Below are positions 48,953-57,957 of a DNA stretch of 64,000 bases, piece by piece. The stretch covers positions 14,799 through 78,798 of the forward strand of contig JBDRCH010000005.1 of the NCBI GenBank assembly GCA_043821945.1. Reading direction: 5' to 3'. The notes beneath the pieces are model-generated. The model did not search any database, was not told the DNA's origin, and saw only the letters and a list, made by a program, of their open reading frames with translations. The stretch is from an archaeon (GTDB lineage: Archaea; Nanobdellota; Nanobdellia; Pacearchaeales; GW2011-AR1). The position numbers and the translations under genes are program-made. Each line of letters begins with the position of its first letter. The stretch's first letter is position 1.

Positions 48953-50983
48953 ATGGGTGATGAAGAACAAAAGCCAAAAAATGAGGAGTTAATCATTGAA
49001 GCAAAGAATTTTTTTGACTTTAATAAAAAAGAGCTCGGAGAATCAATTCGTAGAGGAAATAATGTAATCTATCTGGATTTTATGAAACTTACAGAATTTT
49101 CAAACATTCTTGCAAATGAAATTCTCTCAAATCCAGAAGAAACTCTAAGGTTAATTGAATTAGCAATTGAAGAAAAAGGTTTGATAAATAATGTTAGAGT
49201 TAGACTGCACAATATTTCAAAATCCCAAGAGATGAAAGTAAGAAATATTCGATCAAAAAATCTAAATGAAATGATTGTAATTGAAGGCATTATAAGACAA
49301 GCATCAGATGTTAGACCCCAAGTAGTAAACGCAAAATTTGAGTGCCCAAGTTGTGGGACAATTATTTCAGTATTACAAATAGAAAAAAAATTCCGAGAAC
49401 CCTCAAGATGTTCATGCGGAAGAAAAGGAGGATTCAAATTAATAAGTAAGGAAATGGTGGATACTCAAAGATTAGTAATAGAAGAATCCCCCGAATCTTT
49501 ATCAGGAGGAGAACAGCCAAAGAGAATCAATGCTTTTGTAAAAGAGGATTTAGTTGAACCAAAAATGGAAGAGAAAACAACTCCTGGAAGCAGAATAAAG
49601 GTGATTGGAATCCTAAAAGAAGTTCCTGTTCCATTAAGTACTGGCGGTCTTTCAACAAGATTTGAATTAGCAATTGAAGTAAACAACTTAATTCCAATGG
49701 AAGAAACTTTTGAAGAATTAGATATTTCTGAAGAAGACGAAAGACAAATTTTAGAATTAGCTGAAGACCCAAGAATATTCGATAATTTAGCCAGAAGCAT
49801 TACTCCAAGTGTATGGGGATATGAAGAAATAAAAAAATCACTTGTTTTACAATTATTTTCAGGTGTTCAAAAAAAGCACTCAGATGGACAAAAAAGTAGG
49901 GGGGACATTCACATCCTTTTAATAGGAGATCCAGGTGTAGCAAAATCAGTAACACTAACTTTTATGGCAGAAATTTCTCCAAAAGGGAGATATGTTGTCG
50001 GAAAAAGTGCAAGTGGAGCAGGACTCACAGCAACAGTAGTTAGAGATGAATATTTAAGAGGATGGAGTTTAGAAGCAGGCGCAATGGTTTTAGCAAACAA
50101 GGGTTTAGTCTGCATTGATGAATTAGAAAAAATGGACCCTCAAGATAGAAGTGCAATGCACGAAGCAATGGAACAGCAAACTATAACAATTTCAAAAGCA
50201 AATGTACAAGCGAACTTAAGAGCAGAAACCTCTGTTTTAGCAGCAGCAAACCCAAAATTCGGGAGATTCGACCCTTACCAATCAATTGCTCAACAAATTG
50301 ATTTACCCCCAACTCTAATAAATAGATTTGACATAATCTTCACATTAAGAGACATTCCAGACAGAGAAAAAGACACAAGAATTGCAACTCATGTTTTAGC
50401 AGAACACCAAGAAAAAGGAGAGAATATGTTAATCCCAAGAGAATTATTTAGAAAATATGTTGCTTACGCAAAACAAAGAATAGTTCCAAAATTAAGTGAA
50501 GAAGCAGTTGAAGAAATTAAAAAATTCTACATTGATTTAAGAAATCGCCCTGTTTCTTCAGAAAGTGCAGTAAGACCAATCCCCATTTCAGCAAGACAAC
50601 TACAAGCATTAGTAAGAATGTCAGAAGCTTCAGCAAAAATAAGATTAAGCAGTAAAGTAACAAAAGACGATGCAAAAAATGCAATAGAAATAATGAAATA
50701 TTATTTAATGCAGGTAGGTTATGATTATGAATCAAAAACATTTGACATAGATAGAATCTCCACTGGAATTCCAACTTCACAAAGAAACAAGATAATAGTA
50801 GTAAGAGAAATAATAACTGAACTTGAAAACAAAATTGGAAAAATGATTCCAATAGAAGAAATTGAAAAAGAACTTGAAACAAAAATGAGTAAAAACGAAA
50901 TTCACGATTCAATAGATAAACTGCAATCTTCAGGAGACATTTTCAAACCTAAGAGGGGATTTGTTCAGAAAACTAGTAGTTAG
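48953..50983 (+). CDS. mcm: MCM replicative helicase
   Basis: GDPGVAKS, CIDELEKM, NRFD, SARQL; no intein. Confidence 0.97.
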   Translation: MGDEEQKPKNEELIIEAKNFFDFNKKELGESIRRGNNVIYLDFMKLTEFSNILANEILSNPEETLRLIELAIEEKGLINNVRVRLHNISKSQEMKVRNIRSKNLNEMIVIEGIIRQASDVRPQVVNAKFECPSCGTIISVLQIEKKFREPSRCSCGRKGGFKLISKEMVDTQRLVIEESPESLSGGEQPKRINAFVKEDLVEPKMEEKTTPGSRIKVIGILKEVPVPLSTGGLSTRFELAIEVNNLIPMEETFEELDISEEDERQILELAEDPRIFDNLARSITPSVWGYEEIKKSLVLQLFSGVQKKHSDGQKSRGDIHILLIGDPGVAKSVTLTFMAEISPKGRYVVGKSASGAGLTATVVRDEYLRGWSLEAGAMVLANKGLVCIDELEKMDPQDRSAMHEAMEQQTITISKANVQANLRAETSVLAAANPKFGRFDPYQSIAQQIDLPPTLINRFDIIFTLRDIPDREKDTRIATHVLAEHQEKGENMLIPRELFRKYVAYAKQRIVPKLSEEAVEEIKKFYIDLRNRPVSSESAVRPIPISARQLQALVRMSEASAKIRLSSKVTKDDAKNAIEIMKYYLMQVGYDYESKTFDIDRISTGIPTSQRNKIIVVREIITELENKIGKMIPIEEIEKELETKMSKNEIHDSIDKLQSSGDIFKPKRGFVQKTSS

Positions 50984-51037
50984 AATTTACGTTAACATAC
51001 TATAAATTAGAGTACTATTGATTACCTCCTTATTATA

Positions 51038-51067
51038 AGATTATCAATAATTTACTATTGATAATCT
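51038..51067. other. Perfect 12-bp inverted repeat between convergent genes
   Basis: AGATTATCAATA-atttac-TATTGATAATCT. Confidence 0.6.
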
Positions 51068-51089
51068 AATGTTAATTGCAATCTTGCCC

Positions 51090-51359
51090 TTAGATATCTC
51101 TAGCAGAAATAAAATTATAATCTCCTAAAGGACCATCAACAAAAATCAATTCTTTGTATATCCCAATAAATTTTTCTGATAAATCAGGATTTATTGCTAC
51201 AATTGTTGCATATCGATTCCATCTTGGTTCTCCTGGGCCCCCCATATTTTCAGGTAGGTTTTCATATGTCCTGCCTATCTTCACAGGTATGTCACCAAGT
51301 TCATCCCTTAATAGATCTGTTAATTCTGTGGGTATTGTAAATGTTTGTTGTTGATTCAT
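51090..51359 (-). CDS. Orphan hypothetical protein
   Basis: 89-aa ORF with upstream TTTATATA. Confidence 0.55.
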   Translation of the reverse strand: MNQQQTFTIPTELTDLLRDELGDIPVKIGRTYENLPENMGGPGEPRWNRYATIVAINPDLSEKFIGIYKELIFVDGPLGDYNFISARDI

Positions 51360-51429
51360 AATAAACAGAGATTATCTGAATTATATAAATTTATCGGCCA
51401 AGATTGCAACTTCTTCGTCGCTTCGCTTC

Positions 51430-51565
51430 TCGACCACGCTGCGCTTTCGCTTCACTCGTCGGGGCGTATAACAAGAATTTAACGGAAAAATGCTCGGCTC
51501 GGGCTTCACCCAAATTTTTCTTCCACTTCGTTCCAGAAAAACTTCGTATATCTCTAACGTTATTC
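51430..51565. repeat. Dispersed repeat copy 2 plus attC-like imperfect palindrome
   Basis: Shared 19-mer, then GTATAAC(51466)...GTTATTC(51565) with nested complementary arms. Confidence 0.55.
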
Positions 51566-51765
51566 TAAACCACCTATTAACTCATAAATATTTAAAAACT
51601 CTAAAAAATTTTTCCTTATATTAAAAGATATTTTAAATCGCAAGAAAATAAAACAATTAAATTAAGGGAACTTCATTTCACGCGATTTTCTAAGGAGGCT
51701 ATTGAAGAAATTGCCTCGCAGGAACAAGAAGAGAGATCCCAAAGAACCACTTAGGTTCTTTTAAT

Positions 51766-52395
51766 ATGGTTGAAGATAAAAAATTCAAAAGACACATTGC
51801 ATACAAGTTTAGAATCGGAGACTTATTAATTGGAAAGCCTATTATTGATGGGGAGAGGTTTTCTTTTTTAGAATTAGGAAACAAACAAATAGTAAGAGTA
51901 AATGTAATTGGAAACATAATAGATAAATATGAAAGTGAAGGAGAATCCAGATTCACATCATTCACATTAGATGATGGATCAGGACAAATAAAATTAAGAG
52001 TATTTGCAGATGCAGTAGACAAATTTAAGAACATAATCCAAGGGCAAACAGTTCTTGTCATAGGAATATTAAGAATATGGAACAATGAATTATACATCAC
52101 TCCTGAAATTATCAGGGAACAGGATCCAAAATATCTCTTAATAAGAAAAATAGAAATTGAAAAAGAAAGAAACAAAAATTCTACACCTGTTCAAAGAGAA
52201 CAAATAAATGCTATCAAAGATAAAATCCTTGAAAAAATAAAAAATTCAGAAGAAGACGGAGGAATTGAAATAGACAAATTAATCCTTAATATGCGAGATC
52301 TCTCACCAGAAATGATTAACCAGGAAATTCTAAAGCTTCTTGAAGAAGGGATTATCTTTGAGCCTAGACCTGGAAAGGTAAGGTGGTTGGGGTAA
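51766..52395 (+). CDS. RPA2/RPA32-like OB-fold ssDNA-binding protein
   Basis: RVNVIG, LDDGSGQI, C-terminal wHTH GIIFEPRPG. Confidence 0.85.
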   Translation: MVEDKKFKRHIAYKFRIGDLLIGKPIIDGERFSFLELGNKQIVRVNVIGNIIDKYESEGESRFTSFTLDDGSGQIKLRVFADAVDKFKNIIQGQTVLVIGILRIWNNELYITPEIIREQDPKYLLIRKIEIEKERNKNSTPVQREQINAIKDKILEKIKNSEEDGGIEIDKLILNMRDLSPEMINQEILKLLEEGIIFEPRPGKVRWLG

Positions 52396-52506
52396 TTTTT
52401 AACATAATTAACTCACTTTCCTAAGCTTATAATTATCTAAAATCATTAACTAACAAATCAACTAACGCCTTGAGCAACTATTACTTAATCCAATCATATT
52501 TTATTC

Positions 52507-54066
52507 TTAGCATCCATTTTTCCATTCACCAATCCCAATCATTAAATCACCGAGAGTTACTGTTCCTGATTTCCAATCTCCAATATAACTCATTAATTCA
52601 GAAAGACTAACATCTCCACTTGTATCAGAATCAGCTCCTGATTGACATGTTCCTGAACCTTCTTCATTCATACATAAAGAACTACAACCATCCTCACTAG
52701 CAGTATTTCCATCATCACACTCCTCACTTCCTTCAATTATCCAATCTCCACATGTCGGATAAGTCAGAGGATGAGGATATGTATATGGAGTGTAACCTGG
52801 TTTTTCTATAAGATTATAATCTCTATTCTGCTGAATCCAATCTGCCATATTTTGTACAACCCCACATTCATCATCACAACTTCCTCCAAGATCCACTACT
52901 CCAATATTAGTAAAACTCCTTTGGTTTCCTAAAAAGTTATTTCCCCAAATATAAAGAGGTTCTGAATCTTGATTTTGACCTCTTCCTATCTGATCATAAG
53001 AGGGATATCCCTCTCCTGGATTATTAATTGTATTGCAAGCGCATTTTTCATAACTAGCTCCTCTTATTGTAGCGGCATTACACCAATCTTCATCAGACCT
53101 ATAGTTAGTTAGTCTAATATCATAATTAAGACTTCCATCATTGATAATATTATTGTTATAGACTACCCCGCTTCCTCCTCTAAGAAACATGAAATCAGTC
53201 TGGCTAAAAGAAGAGTCTATATAGAGGTTATTCTCATAAATTTCATACCAACGGGTTGATCCTTTAATATTACCACAAAAACCATGAGCATCAATGTTTC
53301 CGTTATGCACATCATTATAACGCAGGACATATCTTGCTCCTCCAAAACCCGCTATAATATGATGTGCTCCTGTAGGATTCACATAATTATTAATAAAAAC
53401 ATTATTCTCTACAAATATTGAATTATCTGTTCCAACATTTGTTGGGTTGGTCCAATGTTCAGATTCTCCTGTAACCTGTATTGTCTCTTTACCTGCAGTA
53501 TCAAAAGTACAGTTATTAACAATTGCATAGGGACCACTTATAACTATCGCAGAACCTAAAACCCAATTATCATTCATGTAACCCTCACTAAATTTACAGT
53601 TATCTATCCTAACAATTGCATCTGTTGAAATTCCTATTACATTAATATGGCTAACTGCACCTACATTTGTTGTTGATCCCTTAAACCAAATACCAGTCAC
53701 CCTTATCTCGTGAGAATCATCACTTCTTATTTCAAACATTCCATCATATTCTAAAAAGGGTTTTGTATTTATTATAACTGTGCCCCCCATATCTGCTCCT
53801 GCTCCTTGAATTGTTATTCCTTTTCCAGATATAGAAACATCAGGAATTCCATCCCATTCACATTCTCCAGCAGGGATTCTTACAGTATCTCCATCAACAG
53901 CAGAATCAATACATTCTTGAACATCTTGTTGATTACAAGTATCTGCCTGCCATAATCCTTCTCCCATATTCTGACATGCTGCACTAACACCTCCACTAAA
54001 ACTAACAAAAAATATTCCAACCAATAAAAGAATTATCAACCTCTTTGTAACCTCTAAGTTATTCAT
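52507..54066 (-). CDS. Secreted right-handed beta-helix protein with Cys-rich repeat and EF-hand/dockerin-like tail
   Basis: Signal peptide, DGDTVRIPAG, Asn-ladder repeats, YTPYTYPHPL, CGD...EECDDGN...DGCS, DSDTSGDVSLSE. Confidence 0.7.
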   Translation of the reverse strand: MNNLEVTKRLIILLLVGIFFVSFSGGVSAACQNMGEGLWQADTCNQQDVQECIDSAVDGDTVRIPAGECEWDGIPDVSISGKGITIQGAGADMGGTVIINTKPFLEYDGMFEIRSDDSHEIRVTGIWFKGSTTNVGAVSHINVIGISTDAIVRIDNCKFSEGYMNDNWVLGSAIVISGPYAIVNNCTFDTAGKETIQVTGESEHWTNPTNVGTDNSIFVENNVFINNYVNPTGAHHIIAGFGGARYVLRYNDVHNGNIDAHGFCGNIKGSTRWYEIYENNLYIDSSFSQTDFMFLRGGSGVVYNNNIINDGSLNYDIRLTNYRSDEDWCNAATIRGASYEKCACNTINNPGEGYPSYDQIGRGQNQDSEPLYIWGNNFLGNQRSFTNIGVVDLGGSCDDECGVVQNMADWIQQNRDYNLIEKPGYTPYTYPHPLTYPTCGDWIIEGSEECDDGNTASEDGCSSLCMNEEGSGTCQSGADSDTSGDVSLSELMSYIGDWKSGTVTLGDLMIGIGEWKNGC

Positions 54067-54174
54067 AAAAATATATCACATTTGCAATTTAATAATGTTT
54101 CTAAAGAATTTGCTCTGCTAATTTAACGGGTGTTAATCGGTAGATTTTTAAGTAACATTTTATTTTATATAATT

Positions 54175-54402
54175 ATGAATAAAGAGCTCCCTATAAAATC
54201 TTGGAGATGGATTTTTTATATTCTTGGTTGGATTTTTGGAGCATTAAATCTTGTGTTTTGGGCTTGGCAATATTTAATGTATATGGGAGATGAAAAAAGT
54301 GACAAATTTATTTCTAATCAATTCCATAAGAGAGTATATTATTGGGGGGTTTTATTTACAGCGATAATCTTAATAACAATTATTTTTGTGTTGATAGATT
54401 AA
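54175..54402 (+). CDS. Small two-TM membrane protein
   Basis: Two hydrophobic segments; 3' end overlaps the transposase 3' end. Confidence 0.5.
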   Translation: MNKELPIKSWRWIFYILGWIFGALNLVFWAWQYLMYMGDEKSDKFISNQFHKRVYYWGVLFTAIILITIIFVLID

Positions 54403-55279
54403 TCAATTCCAACCATTTATTATCAGAATTTAATTTTAAGTCAGTTGCTAATTCATAAGGGCATCTTTTAAGAGTTTGATGTTTAGTTATGAAATTGTAA
54501 TAAACTGCATAACCTTTCATAATACTATTTACACTCTCTACACTTCCGTGTAATCCTCTGAAAGTTTTTGTTCTGTGTCTTATTTTATTATGTAACCTTT
54601 CTATTAAAATATTAAAACCTTCACCTTTAGAAGCATTTACTTGATTATGCTCTACTCCGAAATATTTGTTTTTACTTTTTAATCCAAAAGTTTTTCTTAT
54701 TGCATTTTCATAAGTTAAAAGTCCGTCAGTAGTTACGACTTTAATCTGTTTTTCTGTTTTCTCTTTCGCTTTCATTAGAACAGATTTTATCTCATCTTTC
54801 CCTCTTGACTTACAAAATTCAGAAGCTACCATAAAACGAGTTTTAGTATCTATACTATCAATAAACCAATTTTCTTCTTTTCCACCTTTAATATCCTTTC
54901 TTCGTGAATATTGCATTTCATCTATTTGTAATTCACTTCCTGTTTGAAGTTTAAGTTTATCTGTGAAATTACTAATTTGATTTGAATACTTTACAACCCA
55001 TTTATAGATTGTAACATCTGAACTATTATGGGGGTAAAAAGCCCTTAGATGTTCTCTTATTTTTCTTGTGCTTACTCCTCTAAAAAATAAGTCAAGACAT
55101 AAAGTAATCTTTTGAGGATTATTTCTCATTCTCTTGAAGCCGTCATTCAAAACAAATCTGTGAGAACATTCCTTACATTTGTATCTTTGAATTAATCCTC
55201 TGTTCTCTGTCTTTCGTTTGCCGTCTTTCTTGATTAATCTTGACTGACATTTTGAGCATATTATTTCTTTGTTTTTCAT
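54380..55279 (-). mobile_element. IS6-like DDE transposase with N-terminal Zn ribbon
   Basis: CSKC..QRYKCKEC, HTH TIYKWV, QIDE, TTDGL..Y, IERLH, YYNF. Confidence 0.85.
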
Positions 55280-55282
55280 ATT

Positions 55283-55325
55283 ATAATTAGGCACCCGAAC
55301 TATATAAATGTATCGGTACCCGAAT
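55283..55325 (-). promoter_or_regulatory. Transposase promoter/operator (ACCCGAA boxes around TATA)
   Basis: 24/26 identical to 56464-56489. Confidence 0.65.
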
Positions 55326-55404
55326 ATATTTATATTATTATATATAATCATATAGTTTCAGAAAAATAGGAAAGGTTTATATATGTTATCATATATGATA
55401 ATAT

Positions 55405-56001
55405 ATGAGTAATAATGATAATACACTTTTCTGTTATAGATGTTATCACCTTTGGAAAAAAAGGAAATCTGTTGCCCCAAAATATTGCCCTAAGTGTAAA
55501 AGTCCTTATTGGAATAGACCAAGAAGAAAAGTAAAAAAAGATATAGTATTAAAAATGGAAGAAATGATTATAAAAATTCACGATAGAATAATTGAATTAA
55601 GTGGTGGGGAAAAGGGTGTCAGAGAAGAAGGTGGAATATACAACTCTACATTTAAATTAATTAACCATCAATATAAAAATCAAAGAAATCCTATTAAAAT
55701 AGGAGCATTTGCTCTGAATGAGTTTGCTAAAAGACATTATTTTGTTGATGGAAATAAAAGAACAGCTTACGCAATCTCTAAAATATTTATGTTAATTAAT
55801 AGATGTCATTTGATGATAGATTATGGTGAGGCAACAAATTTTATGCTTAAAGTTGCAGAGCACAAAAGCAAAGTTACTTATGATGATATAAAAATTTGGC
55901 TTACAAAATATTGTAAAATTATAGATAGAAAAGATGTGGAAAATTATTTAAACAAAGCATTCGTAAATGTAACATTAGGGAGTGGAGAAAATGGCGAATA
56001 A
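55405..56001 (+). CDS. Doc-type Fic toxin with N-terminal Zn ribbon
   Basis: CYRC..W...CPKCKSPYW; HYFVDGNKRTA. Confidence 0.85.
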   Translation: MSNNDNTLFCYRCYHLWKKRKSVAPKYCPKCKSPYWNRPRRKVKKDIVLKMEEMIIKIHDRIIELSGGEKGVREEGGIYNSTFKLINHQYKNQRNPIKIGAFALNEFAKRHYFVDGNKRTAYAISKIFMLINRCHLMIDYGEATNFMLKVAEHKSKVTYDDIKIWLTKYCKIIDRKDVENYLNKAFVNVTLGSGENGE

Positions 56002-56155
56002 AAAATCAAAGGATAAAGATAAATATAAGCTTACTATAAAAGAAACTTATGTGATTTCTAAAAATGATAAGAAATTATTAGAACTCGTGAAAGTTGCTAA
56101 AGAAATAGTATTTAAAGAAGATGAAATTTTGTTTAAAGAGTTAGCGAAGCATTAA
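55991..56155 (+). CDS. Putative antitoxin (54 aa)
   Basis: Read by hand: MANKKSK...EDEILFKELAKH; GGAG SD; overlaps the toxin stop. Confidence 0.55.
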   Translation: MANKKSKDKDKYKLTIKETYVISKNDKKLLELVKVAKEIVFKEDEILFKELAKH

Positions 56156-56161
56156 GAACAA

Positions 56162-56299
56162 ATGAAAAATCAAGAACAAATTTCTATAGAAGAAAAAGAA
56201 TTACCCGAACTCAAAAAATTCCTAAAATCAAAAAACAAAAAGATTTCAAAAATAATCAAATTAAACAAAAATAGTTTAAGAGTTTTTGTTGGAGATTAA
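56162..56299 (+). CDS. Small basic hypothetical protein (45 aa)
   Basis: Read by hand: MKNQEQISIEEKELPELKKFLK... Confidence 0.4.
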   Translation: MKNQEQISIEEKELPELKKFLKSKNKKISKIIKLNKNSLRVFVGD

Positions 56300-56301
56300 A
56301 T

Positions 56302-56460
56302 TTATTCTTTTTCAATAACAATCTTTTTGCCTTCAAGTTTGACATTAACTTCTTTGTCTTTCAATCCTGAATCTTCAACAACCTGCTTCGGCAAATTAAT
56401 TCTATATTTAATATAAGTTGTATCTCCTACTTTTTTATCAATAACTTTCATTATTTTCAT
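56302..56460 (-). CDS. AbrB/MazE/SpoVT-like DNA-binding protein (52 aa)
   Basis: Read by hand: MKIMKV...KYRINLPKQVVEDSGL...VKLEGKKIVIE. Confidence 0.7.
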   Translation of the reverse strand: MKIMKVIDKKVGDTTYIKYRINLPKQVVEDSGLKDKEVNVKLEGKKIVIEKE

Positions 56461-56463
56461 AAA

Positions 56464-56500
56464 ATAATTAGGAACCCGAACTATTTAAACATTTCGGGTG
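56464..56500 (-). promoter_or_regulatory. AbrB-gene promoter/operator, ACCCGAA...TTCGGGT inverted repeat flanking TATA
   Basis: Seen directly; matches 55283-55308. Confidence 0.65.
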
Positions 56501-56697
56501 CTGAAAATAAATAGCCGACATCTTTAAATAAGACATCGGCTTTTCAATTCTGCGAGGAATTGAATATGATATTTGAAATAATTTTCTTATTTATTTTAGT
56601 TTCTTCTTTGGTTTAGCAATAAAATTTTTTCTTGAAGATGATACTGGAATAGTAATATCTCTTATTTGTTTGATAGTTTTCGTTTTATGTTTTTTGA

Positions 56698-56823
56698 TTA
56701 TATCCCTAATAATCTTACAAGCAACACAAGAATGGTTATGCCAAAAAGTCCCAGTATTATTCCAATGCCAGTCATAAATCCCATTAGATAAAACACACAT
56801 ACTTCATTTATTTTATTTTTCAT
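56698..56823 (-). CDS. Small membrane peptide (41 aa)
   Basis: Read by hand: MKNKINEVCVFYLMGFMTGIGIILGLFGITILVLLVRLLGI. Confidence 0.35.
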   Translation of the reverse strand: MKNKINEVCVFYLMGFMTGIGIILGLFGITILVLLVRLLGI

Positions 56824-56863
56824 CTTAAAACTCCCTCTAAGTTAGCAGAGTATAAAGAATTAA

Positions 56864-57391
56864 TTATCTCTTCTTCCCAAATTTTCTATTAAACCAATAA
56901 GCTAAAAATATCACTGCAGCCAAGCCCAATAAAGAAATTATAAATCTAAACAAATCATCACCATATCTCCAATATCCTCCTGCCCCATAAACAATTGTTC
57001 CAACTCCACCCCCCATTAAACCTGCTCCAACAGCTTCTAAATGAAACAAAAATCCCCCAATAACAAGGATCAAAATTCCCAAAGGAATTGAAATATAAAA
57101 AATCTTTTTAGACCTTGTTTCCTGTGCATTTTCATAATCTTGCCTACAAATATAATCTCTATCACAATAACCTTGTGGACAGGGGGTTGTCACACATCTA
57201 ATATCTTCAGAGGTCCATTTTCCTTCAACACCAATGCATTGCTGTTCATTTTCAATTATTTGCCCAGTTTTAAATTCTCCACAATAATCTTCATATTCCT
57301 GAGCAGGATAAAATACACTAATTCCATAAACAGTTACAAAAATAGTAAGAATAAGAATTGCAATTCCAAGAACAAGATTCTTAATTTCCAT
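56864..57391 (-). CDS. Membrane protein with Cys-rich extracellular loop
   Basis: Four TMs; CVTTPCPQGYC loop. Confidence 0.65.
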   Translation of the reverse strand: MEIKNLVLGIAILILTIFVTVYGISVFYPAQEYEDYCGEFKTGQIIENEQQCIGVEGKWTSEDIRCVTTPCPQGYCDRDYICRQDYENAQETRSKKIFYISIPLGILILVIGGFLFHLEAVGAGLMGGGVGTIVYGAGGYWRYGDDLFRFIISLLGLAAVIFLAYWFNRKFGKKR

Positions 57392-57442
57392 AATTCACTA
57401 AAGCATAAAACATTTATAAACTCTTTGTTCACTTTTATAATA

Positions 57443-57853
57443 ATGGAACAATATGAAAAATTATTAGAAGAAGCATACAAAAAAGTAAAACAAGTTAACA
57501 CATCTAGTTCGCGATTGGAAATTCCAAAAATAGAAGGACACTTTGAAGGTAAAAAAACAATTCTCACGAATTTCTTTTCAATTGTATCTCATTTAAGAAG
57601 AAAACCAGAACACTTTCAAAAATTTATTTTAAGGGAACTTGCAGCTTCAGGACAAAAAGAAGGCGATCGTCTTGTGCTGAATACAAAAGTGCCAAGCACG
57701 AAAATCAATCAAAAAATAGAACAATACGCAAAAGAATTTGTTTTATGTAAAGAATGTGGAAAACCAGACACAGAATTAAAAAAAGAAGATAGATTAACTT
57801 TTGTTCATTGTTTAGCTTGTGGGGCAAAACACAGCGTGAGAAGTAAGATATAA
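57443..57853 (+). CDS. eif2b: Translation initiation factor 2 beta subunit
   Basis: YEKLL, GKKTILTNF, CKECGKPDT, CLACGA; start moved to the ATG at 57443. Confidence 0.94.
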   Translation: MEQYEKLLEEAYKKVKQVNTSSSRLEIPKIEGHFEGKKTILTNFFSIVSHLRRKPEHFQKFILRELAASGQKEGDRLVLNTKVPSTKINQKIEQYAKEFVLCKECGKPDTELKKEDRLTFVHCLACGAKHSVRSKI

Positions 57854-57957
57854 CGCCATAATTGTGGAGCTGAAAGTTTACGCGAGGAGCAAAATTAACT
57901 TAGTATTAACGACAAGCGTGGGCTTGAGTAAAAACATAGTGTTAAGAGTAAAATTGA

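Noticed and set aside
50984..51765. Replication origin near mcm
   Set aside because: No cdc6/orc1 gene and no repeated ORB-like G-string boxes; skew could not be computed
56591..56800. 69-aa ORF from the track
   Set aside because: An overlapping frame (56698-56823) gives a more plausible membrane peptide; neither is well supported
57140..57442. N-terminal extension of aIF2beta
   Set aside because: Overlaps an opposite-strand membrane gene; the ATG at 57443 follows a TATA box and gives the normal length
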